Below are positions 44,214-52,330 of a stretch of 64,000 bases of DNA, piece after piece; position 1 is the first letter of the stretch; the number at the start of each line of letters is the position of its first letter. Location: positions 4,986 through 68,985 of the forward strand of contig CAKRGF010000010.1 in assembly GCA_934322085.1 (NCBI GenBank). The letters are read 5' to 3'. The translations under genes and the position numbers were made by a program. Under the pieces are notes generated by a model. It made no database searches. It saw only the letters and a list, made by a program, of their open reading frames with translations, and was not told the DNA's origin. The stretch comes from an uncultured Eubacterium sp. (GTDB lineage Bacteria; Bacillota; Clostridia; Lachnospirales; Lachnospiraceae).

Positions 44214-44242
44214 TTGACATACCGTGAAAAAACAGATATAAT
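44214..44242 (+). promoter_or_regulatory. consensus sigma-A promoter for the SRP RNA
   Basis: TTGACA-17 nt-TATAAT, perfect consensus. Confidence 0.7.
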
Positions 44243-44299
44243 TGTTATGATATTGTTTATAACGGATTCGTTTCCCCTATTGGGAGGCAGACCGTTTCA

Positions 44300-44570
44300 A
44301 ATTTCCGTGCAGCCGGGGAGATAGCGGTGCCCTGTACCTGCAATCCGCTATAGCAGGGGTGTTGTCCCATCGAGGGTCTTTTGACGGAGAGCTGCCCAAA
44401 GTAAGTGGCGTTGACACTTGGGTCTTGCGCAACAGGAACTTGTGAACCGTGTCAGGTCAGGAATGAAGCAGCACTAAGCAATCCTTCCTGTGTGACGCGA
44501 GGGTGCCTGAGCCTAGCTAACTGCTTTGGTAACGTCTTCTGATTTTGATTCGACATGGGATGCACGGATT
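44300..44570 (+). ncRNA. ffs: signal recognition particle RNA, large Bacillus-type (scRNA with Alu domain)
   Basis: It aligns closely with B. subtilis scRNA as I remember it. The Alu domain is gccggggagatagcggtgccctgtacctgcaatccgctatagcagggg and domain IV is gtgtcaggtcaggaatgaagcagc. A closing helix tccgtgca/tgcacgga is present. It is located after tadA, as in B. subtilis. Ends are +/-5 nt. Confidence 0.93.
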
Positions 44571-44607
44571 TTATATTATACAGCTTTTTCACGAGGAGTT
44601 GTTACAT

Positions 44608-46920
44608 ATGGCAGAGAGTTTGGTCTTAAATGGAAACAGTTCCATTACAAAAGGAACGGTTATATTTGAAAAAGGACAGCCGTTGCAGTCGACGGCACTA
44701 ATACTTAAGGGACGAGTGATTGTACAGGGCGAGGGCGTCCGGATGACAATCGGCTCAGGAAATTTTTTGGGAATGTGCGATGTTTGGAAAAAGGAGCATT
44801 CCTTTACTTATGTTGCACTTGATGATTTGGTTTTGTTTGGGTTGCCGATGGAAAATGAAAAGCAGGCAGCTCTTTTACTGGAGCAGAAGCCACAGTACCG
44901 CGGTCTTTTAGTGACCTCGTTAAATTTCTTTTATCACGATGTGTTCCGTGTGTTTGGAAAATTGAAGACAGAGACGGAAAAGGTGGCTGAGTTTGTACAT
45001 CAGACCTACCTGCGTTATCAGAAACTTGCAGAAAGTGCTGGGCTGACGGCGGAAAAAATTGCGGCGATGGAACGTCTTTTGAGCCAGCAGATGGAGAAAT
45101 ATCCACTTGCGGAAAAAATCACGTATTTTATCCAGTGCAGTAAGATTCCGATTGAAGCGCAGAAAAATTATTATGGTGCCAGTGCCTATGTGGCACAAAA
45201 ACAATTTGAAGAACAGTGTGCGGTGCTTCCTCAATTGGTAGGAGGATGCCGTTATTACAGTGATTGGCTGACACGTTATTTCCGAATTATGATTATGGAT
45301 GAAAAAAATCTGTTTTCGTTAGTGGGACGTATGGCGCTCGGCGTAAGACGTTCCGGACAAAATGACAGTGAATTAAGTGTTATGCTTGACCATATTTTGG
45401 AGCAGATTAATAATACAGAAACTTTGTTGTTAGAGTATGCTGGTGTGAATCTGAATCTTGACAGACAGCGTATGGAAGAAACATATTTTGCTCTGTTATC
45501 AGATGATACCGGAAGTCTGGATGCGTTTGATCAGGAAGACTTAAAAGTATTGGATCATTCCGTACAGCAGATTCTTGATTATGCAGAAGTTTCCGATGAG
45601 ACGGCAGAAAAATTTGGAGCGGCTGTTGAGTCGTTTTTGGCGTGCGTGGACAAGTTTGCGAGAACGCCGGAAGCATCCGCTCTGCGCAAAGAATTAATAA
45701 AATATTTTTTTGAAATTTATGAGCGTGCCTGTAAAAAAAGTTTTCAGGATGCAAATCCACCGCTTGCAGTGAAATTGTTTTTAAGATATGGCTATGTCAG
45801 CGAGGAACTTCTGACGGAGGAAGAACTCCGCACCCTTCTGACACTGCCGGATTCGAGAGAAGAAGAAACTACATGCCGTGTTTATACGATGAGCGAGTGG
45901 CTGCGTGAGATTTATGAGGGCAGAAAAAATCCATCGAAAGATGAGTTTGATACCGATTATGAAGAATCTCTCCGCAAGCAGGTGCAGGAGAAAAAACTTA
46001 CAAAAGCTGAGGCCGATGATGCGTTTCGTGATGCGGACAAGCGGCTTCATTTTGAAGTGGAAAATCTGCTTAGTTATGCGGATCGAATTCTCAGTGGAAA
46101 TATTTCTACCTTTGTACCGGTTTTGTGTTCGGAAGGTATTTATACAAAATTAGAAAGTGCAGTAGTAACTTCTGCTATTATTAATAAGATTGTAAACCGT
46201 GTGGAGAAAATTGATTATTCTATTTTTTACCGTGAGCGCATGGTGGCATATGAAGAAGCGGGGCTTACCCGTTTTACTGTGACAGGACGTTATACGCCGG
46301 AGTTTATCATATTCCCGGTATATGGGCGCAAAGGACTGATGTGGCAGGATATCGAGGGACGAAAAAAAGAAACACATGGAAGAATTCTTCTGCCATCGTT
46401 TATGGAGCAGAATTTAGAGGCTGAGCTTCTGAAAATGCTTGCTTATTTCCGCTGGGAAAAATGCCGTACGGAAATGGGAGCGCAATGGAACAATTATCGT
46501 TATCCATCGCTCACTGCTGAGTATACGGATTATTTACAGTTTTTTAAAAAGAATAATGACCTGTCGCCGGAAAAACGAGAGAAAGTAAAAGCACAGCTTA
46601 CGCAGTGCGGAAACCGTCATAAAGATGTATTTGCCAAAGATTATGCAGACTGGGTGCTGCGTGAGGCAACCGGGGCGATGAAGCTGAATCGTGTGGCGCG
46701 TGATATTTTGTTTACCTATTGTCCGTTAGCTCCTCAGATTGCGGAGGGGCTGCTTGCGCAGAATGCGTACCGGGATGCGGCGCGCCGTTATATGATTGAA
46801 AAGGGCAAAAGAGAAAAAGAAATTAATATGGCAGTGCACCGTTTTGAAAAGGCAGGTGTGAATTTGCCGGAAGAAGTGGAACAAACAAGGTGTTTTGTGT
46901 TAGATTTACAAGGAGCATAA
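44608..46920 (+). CDS. 770-aa protein with degenerate cyclic-nucleotide-binding-like N-terminal barrel, unknown function
   Basis: ATG 44608 follows a gaggag RBS; the ORF-track start at 44545 lies inside the SRP RNA. The N-terminus GTVIFEKGQPLQSTALILKGRVIV..GSGNFLGMCDV is cNMP-barrel-like but lacks the RS/TA phosphate cassette. Confidence 0.6.
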   Translation: MAESLVLNGNSSITKGTVIFEKGQPLQSTALILKGRVIVQGEGVRMTIGSGNFLGMCDVWKKEHSFTYVALDDLVLFGLPMENEKQAALLLEQKPQYRGLLVTSLNFFYHDVFRVFGKLKTETEKVAEFVHQTYLRYQKLAESAGLTAEKIAAMERLLSQQMEKYPLAEKITYFIQCSKIPIEAQKNYYGASAYVAQKQFEEQCAVLPQLVGGCRYYSDWLTRYFRIMIMDEKNLFSLVGRMALGVRRSGQNDSELSVMLDHILEQINNTETLLLEYAGVNLNLDRQRMEETYFALLSDDTGSLDAFDQEDLKVLDHSVQQILDYAEVSDETAEKFGAAVESFLACVDKFARTPEASALRKELIKYFFEIYERACKKSFQDANPPLAVKLFLRYGYVSEELLTEEELRTLLTLPDSREEETTCRVYTMSEWLREIYEGRKNPSKDEFDTDYEESLRKQVQEKKLTKAEADDAFRDADKRLHFEVENLLSYADRILSGNISTFVPVLCSEGIYTKLESAVVTSAIINKIVNRVEKIDYSIFYRERMVAYEEAGLTRFTVTGRYTPEFIIFPVYGRKGLMWQDIEGRKKETHGRILLPSFMEQNLEAELLKMLAYFRWEKCRTEMGAQWNNYRYPSLTAEYTDYLQFFKKNNDLSPEKREKVKAQLTQCGNRHKDVFAKDYADWVLREATGAMKLNRVARDILFTYCPLAPQIAEGLLAQNAYRDAARRYMIEKGKREKEINMAVHRFEKAGVNLPEEVEQTRCFVLDLQGA

Positions 46921-46923
46921 AGA

Positions 46924-48192
46924 ATGAGTAGAAAACGAGAGAATGTGCGTCAGTGCAACACAATTCGTCAGTTAATTGACGACAATAAGTATACAAAAGC
47001 ACTCGAACTGATTGATACAATTTCTTTAGATGAAGTTGGCTCGTTAGGTGATTTATACCGTTATGCAGAACTGTATGAAAAAGCAGAGCGGATGGATAAA
47101 AAGAAAGAAATTTTTTACCATATCTATCATCGTACGCATTCCCGTTATATGTTGAATCGTCTGCTTCGTCTGACAATTCGTATGGGCGACATGGATGAAG
47201 CAAGAGAATTGTATTTTGCCTATGAGATTGCTGGGCCGATTACACTGGATACCTTTGAACTTCGTTATCTTCTTGCGAAAGCAGAGGGAGAACCGGCAGA
47301 GCGGCTGATTCAGATTTTGGAAGAATTGAAAAAGGAAGAATATACAGAAGAGTGGGGATTTCGTCTTGCCTGTCTGTATGAAAAGACTGGGCAGATTGAA
47401 AAATGCATTCAGGAATGTAAGGACTTGAAACTTTGGTTTGGCGAGGGGGAGATTGTAGATAAGGCAATGCAGTTGTTAGAGCATTGTGAAAACCCGGCGG
47501 TTACAGAACCGGAGGAATTAGAAGAGACGATTGAGAAGGAATTGCCGGAGCGAAGAGAAGAATATGAGCCGGTAGAACCGGAAGAAATAGAAGAAGAGCC
47601 ACAGGAAAATGAAGATGTGGAAGAGGCAGAGGAAAGCGAAGAGCCGGATGGTCCTTTGGTGGAGTCTGTGGGCGAAGTCAAGGTGGTGGCGAAGCGGAAG
47701 AAAGAAAAACCGCTTGCAAAACCGGAAAATGTAGAAGAACTGCTTGAAGAAAAGGAAGAGGACATTTCAGAGCGTGGTATTTTGTACCGTACGCTGAAAA
47801 GCGCAATGAATCATGTCCGCTATGGAGATAAAATGCCGCATTTTGTATTTGCCGGCGGCGAGGAGCGCATTGTGCTTGCAGTTGCAAAGCGCGTGGCGAA
47901 GGAACTGAACAGAGTGGGTTATGTTTCGGTGCGGAGTATCGTCAAAATTACAGCTGAAAAATTAAATCAAATTGATTTGGCGGAACAGGCAGGAAAAATT
48001 GCCGGCGGCTGTATGTTAGTGACAGATGCTGCTGAACTGACAAAAGAATCTGTCGACAAATTGAAGGCGGTGATTGAGCAGGAGGATGAAAAAGTCGTCA
48101 TCATGCTGGCTGGACCGTTTGATGAGATGGACTGCTTTTTAGACATCTATCCGGAATTAGCAGAAAAACTAGTGTATAAGATTCGTATGTGA
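46924..48192 (+). CDS. TPR-like / poly-acidic linker / degenerate CbbX-SpoVK-type AAA+ domain protein
   Basis: 422 aa. It has a helical-repeat N-terminus, an E-rich linker (about residues 195-250) and a C-terminal AAA-like fold. FAGGEERIV replaces Walker A and MLVTDAAEL replaces Walker B. The gap to the upstream gene is 3 nt. Confidence 0.55.
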   Translation: MSRKRENVRQCNTIRQLIDDNKYTKALELIDTISLDEVGSLGDLYRYAELYEKAERMDKKKEIFYHIYHRTHSRYMLNRLLRLTIRMGDMDEARELYFAYEIAGPITLDTFELRYLLAKAEGEPAERLIQILEELKKEEYTEEWGFRLACLYEKTGQIEKCIQECKDLKLWFGEGEIVDKAMQLLEHCENPAVTEPEELEETIEKELPERREEYEPVEPEEIEEEPQENEDVEEAEESEEPDGPLVESVGEVKVVAKRKKEKPLAKPENVEELLEEKEEDISERGILYRTLKSAMNHVRYGDKMPHFVFAGGEERIVLAVAKRVAKELNRVGYVSVRSIVKITAEKLNQIDLAEQAGKIAGGCMLVTDAAELTKESVDKLKAVIEQEDEKVVIMLAGPFDEMDCFLDIYPELAEKLVYKIRM

Positions 48193-48231
48193 GGAGGCGC
48201 CGTTATGGACAAGGAGGCGCCGTTATGGACG
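48192..48231 (+). repeat. 20-bp tandem duplication containing RBS + ATG
   Basis: aggaggcgccgttatggaca / aggaggcgccgttatggacg (19/20 identical). Confidence 0.9.
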
Positions 48232-48794
48232 AAAAAAAACAAGTATGGAAACCGGGCAACATGCTTTACCCGGTGCCGGCAGTGATGGTGAGCTGTGGCA
48301 ATAAAAATGGAGAGAAAAATATTATTACGATTGCGTGGGCGGGCACAATCTGCTCGGACCCTGCGATGGTTTCGATTTCAGTGCGTCCGGAGAGATATTC
48401 CTATGCGATGATTCAGGAGACCGGCGAGTTTGTGATAAACCTTACGACAAAGGAACTTACTTATGCGACGGATTGGTGCGGCGTGAAATCCGGACGGGAT
48501 GTGGATAAGTTCAAAGAGATGAACTTGACGGCGATGCCCGGTGAAAAACTTACCTTTGCACCAATTATTGCGGAAAGCCCGGTGAATTTAGAGTGCCGTG
48601 TGCAGAAAGAAATTCCGCTTGGCAGCCACAATATGTTTTTGGCAAAAATAGAAGATGTCATGATTAGTGAGAAATACATGAACGAGACCGGAAAATTTGA
48701 ACTCAATCAGACCGGACTTGTGACGTATTCTCATGGCGAGTATTTTGTCCTTGGTGAGAAAATTGGAAAATTTGGTTATTCCGTAAAAAAATGA
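48225..48794 (+). CDS. flavin reductase family protein (FMN-binding split barrel)
   Basis: About 189 aa; the KPGNMLYPVPAVMVSCG... pattern is typical of the flavin reductase-like domain. The start is taken at the second copy of the duplicated RBS-ATG. Confidence 0.75.
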   Translation: MDEKKQVWKPGNMLYPVPAVMVSCGNKNGEKNIITIAWAGTICSDPAMVSISVRPERYSYAMIQETGEFVINLTTKELTYATDWCGVKSGRDVDKFKEMNLTAMPGEKLTFAPIIAESPVNLECRVQKEIPLGSHNMFLAKIEDVMISEKYMNETGKFELNQTGLVTYSHGEYFVLGEKIGKFGYSVKK

Positions 48795-48865
48795 TTTTCT
48801 GTTTTACAAATGTCAAAAGTGTGTTATACTAGTAGAATAAAATGTTTCAATCAGTGGAGGTTGCG

Positions 48866-50164
48866 ATGAAACAGTACATTATAAAAGGTGGAACGCCACT
48901 TTCAGGGGAAGTTACCATCGGCGGTGCGAAAAATGCAGCGCTTGGTATTATCGTGGCGGCTATTATGGCGGATGAGCCAGTTACAATTGATAATTTACCG
49001 GACGTTGATGACGTCCGGGTTTTGCTGGATGCAATAGAAAGTATAGGTGCGATTGTGGAGCGTATCGATTCTCATACGGTTCGTATTAATGGTGCCTGTA
49101 TTAATGATGTAAGTATTGATGAGGATGCAATTCGTAAAATTCGCGGTTCTTACTATTTAGTAGGAGCTTTGCTTGGTAAATATAAGAAAGCTTTAGTTGC
49201 CCTGCCGGGAGGATGTCAGATTGGAAGCCGCCCGATTGACCAGCATATTAAGGGCTTTGAACAGCTTGGTGCAAAGGTAAGTATCCATCATGGTAAAATT
49301 GACGCGCAGGCGGAAAATCTTGTTGGTACACATATTTATCTGGATTGTCCGAGTGTCGGTGCTACCATTAATATCATGATGGCGGCATGTATGGCAGAAG
49401 GAAAGACAATTATTGAGAATCCGGCAAAAGAACCACATATTGTAGATGTGGCAAACTTCTTAAATAGTATGGGAGCAAACATCAAAGGTGCCGGAACCGA
49501 TGCTATCCGAATCCGTGGTGTAGAAGCACTGCACGGAGCGGAGTATTCGATTATTCCGGATCAGATTGAAGCCGGAACATATATGCTTGCCGTAGCAGCA
49601 ACTGGCGGTGATGTGATGATTAAAAATGTCATTCCAAAGCATTTGGAAGCGATTACTGCAAAATTAGTTGAGATTGGTGCGGTTGTGGAAGAGTTTGATG
49701 ATTGTGTCCGTGTCTGCGCGGACCACCGTTTGTCTTATGCAAATGTTAAGACAATGCCGTATCCGGGATTCCCGACGGATATGCAGCCACAGATTACGAC
49801 GCTGCTTGCTTTGTCAGAGGGAACCAGTATTGTTACAGAGACAATTTTTGAAACACGGTTTAAGTATATCAGTGAACTGCGCCGTATGGGAGCAAATATT
49901 TCCGTAGAGGGAAATGCCGCTTTTGTAACTGGTGTAGAAGGCTTTACCGGGGCACGCGTGAGTGCACCGGATCTGCGTGCGGGTGCAGCACTTGTGATGG
50001 CAGGACTTGTCGCAGAAGGTTATACCTACGTGGATGATATTCAGTATATTGAGCGAGGGTATGAGAATTTTGCAGAAAAGATCCGTGGGCTTGGCGGCCA
50101 CATGGAAAAGATAGAGGCAGAGGATGAACGTGCCATAAGGAAATTCAAAATGAAAGTTTCTTAA
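48866..50164 (+). CDS. murA: UDP-N-acetylglucosamine 1-carboxyvinyltransferase
   Basis: Has GAKNAALG, the active-site loop LPGGCQIGSRPID and C-terminal YIERGYENF. ATG 48866 follows a ggaggt RBS. Confidence 0.92.
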   Translation: MKQYIIKGGTPLSGEVTIGGAKNAALGIIVAAIMADEPVTIDNLPDVDDVRVLLDAIESIGAIVERIDSHTVRINGACINDVSIDEDAIRKIRGSYYLVGALLGKYKKALVALPGGCQIGSRPIDQHIKGFEQLGAKVSIHHGKIDAQAENLVGTHIYLDCPSVGATINIMMAACMAEGKTIIENPAKEPHIVDVANFLNSMGANIKGAGTDAIRIRGVEALHGAEYSIIPDQIEAGTYMLAVAATGGDVMIKNVIPKHLEAITAKLVEIGAVVEEFDDCVRVCADHRLSYANVKTMPYPGFPTDMQPQITTLLALSEGTSIVTETIFETRFKYISELRRMGANISVEGNAAFVTGVEGFTGARVSAPDLRAGAALVMAGLVAEGYTYVDDIQYIERGYENFAEKIRGLGGHMEKIEAEDERAIRKFKMKVS

Positions 50165-50181
50165 AAAAAAGATAGAAAGGG

Positions 50182-50207
50182 AACGCCGAGGGTATCCGGC
50201 GTTTTCT
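50182..50207 (+). terminator. rho-independent terminator after murA
   Basis: aacgccg-loop-cggcgtt followed by ttctgtt. Confidence 0.55.
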
Positions 50208-50242
50208 GTTATTATCTGAGGAGTGAGAAAGGAGAATCATAA

Positions 50243-51169
50243 GTGAACGATAAAGTACAAGAGATTCTGAATGAAGTTGGTAAAGTAATTCGTGGTAAGG
50301 ACGAAGCGATTGAACTTGTGATGACAGCGATGCTGGCCAAAGGTCATATCCTTGTAGAGGATGTTCCAGGTGTTGGTAAGACAACGCTGGCGGTTGCTTT
50401 TTCCCGTGCGATGGAATTGACAGAGCGACGTCTGCAGTTTACACCGGATGTGCTTCCAAGTGATGTAGTTGGTTTTAATATGATTGGTGCTGATGGTGAG
50501 TTTCAGTACAAACCTGGTGCAATTTTGTGTAACCTTCTGCTTGCAGATGAGATTAACCGTACCTCGACGAAAACACAGTCGGCTCTTTTGGAGGTCATGG
50601 AAGAAGGACAGGTAACGGTCGATGGTGTGACACGACAGCTGCCAAATCCATTTATTGTAGTGGCAACACAGAACCCAGTTGGTTCTGCCGGAACACAGAT
50701 GCTGCCGGAATCCCAGCTTGACCGATTTATGATTCGTATTTCGATGGGATATCCGACGATGGAAGAAGAAGTTCGTCTGATTAAAGAGCGTCAGGACATT
50801 AACCCACTTGATTTTATCCAGGAAATTATTTCAAAACGGGAACTGCTTGAAATGCAGGATCAGGTAAAACAGATTTATGTAGATGATAAAGTGCTTACTT
50901 ATTTATCGAAGATTGTGGATGCAACAAGAAATCATTCCATGATTACACTCGGCGTGAGTCCACGTGGAACACTTGCCCTTATGGATATGTCAAAAGCGCA
51001 TGCGTTCGTTCAGGGACGTACCTTCGTTTTGCCGGAGGATATCAAACGTGTTTCCAAAGCGGTACTTGCCCACCGTTTGTTGTTAAATGGTAAGGCACGT
51101 ATGAGCCACACGACAGAAGAAGATGTCGTTGAGGAAATCGTAGGGAAGATTCAAGTCCCTAAATTATAA
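50243..51169 (+). CDS. MoxR-family AAA+ ATPase
   Basis: 308 aa; GTG start after aaaggaga RBS; Walker A DVPGVGKT, Walker B LLADEINR, MoxR-type C-terminal region. Confidence 0.9.
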   Translation: MNDKVQEILNEVGKVIRGKDEAIELVMTAMLAKGHILVEDVPGVGKTTLAVAFSRAMELTERRLQFTPDVLPSDVVGFNMIGADGEFQYKPGAILCNLLLADEINRTSTKTQSALLEVMEEGQVTVDGVTRQLPNPFIVVATQNPVGSAGTQMLPESQLDRFMIRISMGYPTMEEEVRLIKERQDINPLDFIQEIISKRELLEMQDQVKQIYVDDKVLTYLSKIVDATRNHSMITLGVSPRGTLALMDMSKAHAFVQGRTFVLPEDIKRVSKAVLAHRLLLNGKARMSHTTEEDVVEEIVGKIQVPKL

Positions 51170-51202
51170 GTAACATGAGATATGATTCGGAAGGAGGAAA
51201 TT

Positions 51203-52330
51203 ATGACATTAGGAACTATCCTATACATTCTCCTTTTCTTTGTGAGTGTTTTCATTTCCATCATGTATTTGGAATTTGGTGCGATGGCACTGATGGGGCT
51301 GATGGTGACGATACCAGTCTGCATGTTTCTTTTTCTGCTTGTTTTGCGAAAGAGAGTCAGTGTGACAGTCGATTCGAAAAATCCACTGGCAGAAAAAGAC
51401 GCCATAGATAAGCCGGCGAGAGCGGCGATTACTCTGTCGGTAGAAAACAGAAGCCGTCTGCTTCCGGTGACGAAAGGAATTGCCAAGGTTCGTTATGAGA
51501 ATCCATTTTCCGGTGATAAAGGGAAGATGAAAGTTCGTTTTTCTGTGGATACCGGGAAAAAAAGAGACCGTAGAATCCCGGTTGTTATGGATAACTGTGG
51601 AAATGTTTCCATCACGGTAGAGAAGGTACGAATCTATGATTATTTGAATATATTTGCGTGGACAATTGGAAAGCATTTTGAGACGCAGGATGTGCTTGTT
51701 CTGCCACCGACTAAAGAGATGTATCTCGGAAAAGACAAATGGTATAACGAGACGAGTGCGGACAGCGACCGTTTTTCCACTTATAAAAAGGGAGATGACC
51801 CCTCTGAAATATTTGACATTCGTGAATATGCAGATGGGGATAAAATTCAGAGAATCCACTGGAAATTAAGCAGTAAAACCGGTGATTTGATGGTGAAAGA
51901 GGGAAGCCTTCCTCTGATGAAAGAAATTCATATTTTTATTGATTTATGTGCGACTGGTTCAAAGCAGGAAAGAAATGATAAAATGAACCGGCTGGTTCAG
52001 GGCGTGTATTCCATTGCTATGTTTATGATTGAAAGTGGAATCCCGCAGGCATATATTTGGTATGACAAGGTAAATGGTGTGATTCAGGAATATTCGGTGG
52101 AGCAGGAAGAAGAACTGTACTGGATGTTTCAGGAATTGTTCCGCAGTAAAACAACGACCGAGGCGGGTGAGCTGATGGAAGCTTATGTCGACTGGGGCAA
52201 AGGTAGACTTTTAGAATCGGCACTGTATCTGACAGTGGCTGACCACGATTCCTTAGATTCCGGGAATCTGGTGCGCGACCGACTGGAAGTAATGGACTTA
52301 CGAGGTGACGTAATTGAGGATCAGGAATAA
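51203..52330 (+). CDS. DUF58 domain protein (MoxR partner)
   Basis: It has N-terminal TM helices and the REYADGDKIQRIHWK motif characteristic of DUF58. ATG 51203 follows a ggaaggagga RBS. Confidence 0.8.
   Translation: MTLGTILYILLFFVSVFISIMYLEFGAMALMGLMVTIPVCMFLFLLVLRKRVSVTVDSKNPLAEKDAIDKPARAAITLSVENRSRLLPVTKGIAKVRYENPFSGDKGKMKVRFSVDTGKKRDRRIPVVMDNCGNVSITVEKVRIYDYLNIFAWTIGKHFETQDVLVLPPTKEMYLGKDKWYNETSADSDRFSTYKKGDDPSEIFDIREYADGDKIQRIHWKLSSKTGDLMVKEGSLPLMKEIHIFIDLCATGSKQERNDKMNRLVQGVYSIAMFMIESGIPQAYIWYDKVNGVIQEYSVEQEEELYWMFQELFRSKTTTEAGELMEAYVDWGKGRLLESALYLTVADHDSLDSGNLVRDRLEVMDLRGDVIEDQE

Noticed and set aside
44545-44607. N-terminal extension of the 770-aa ORF (track start 44545)
   Set aside because: The extension overlaps the 3' closing helix of the SRP RNA. 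A gaggag RBS precedes the internal ATG at 44608.
44570-48192. dnaX expected downstream of the SRP RNA by analogy with B. subtilis
   Set aside because: Neither downstream protein has a clamp-loader Walker A/SRC/zinc module, so dnaX is not in this window.
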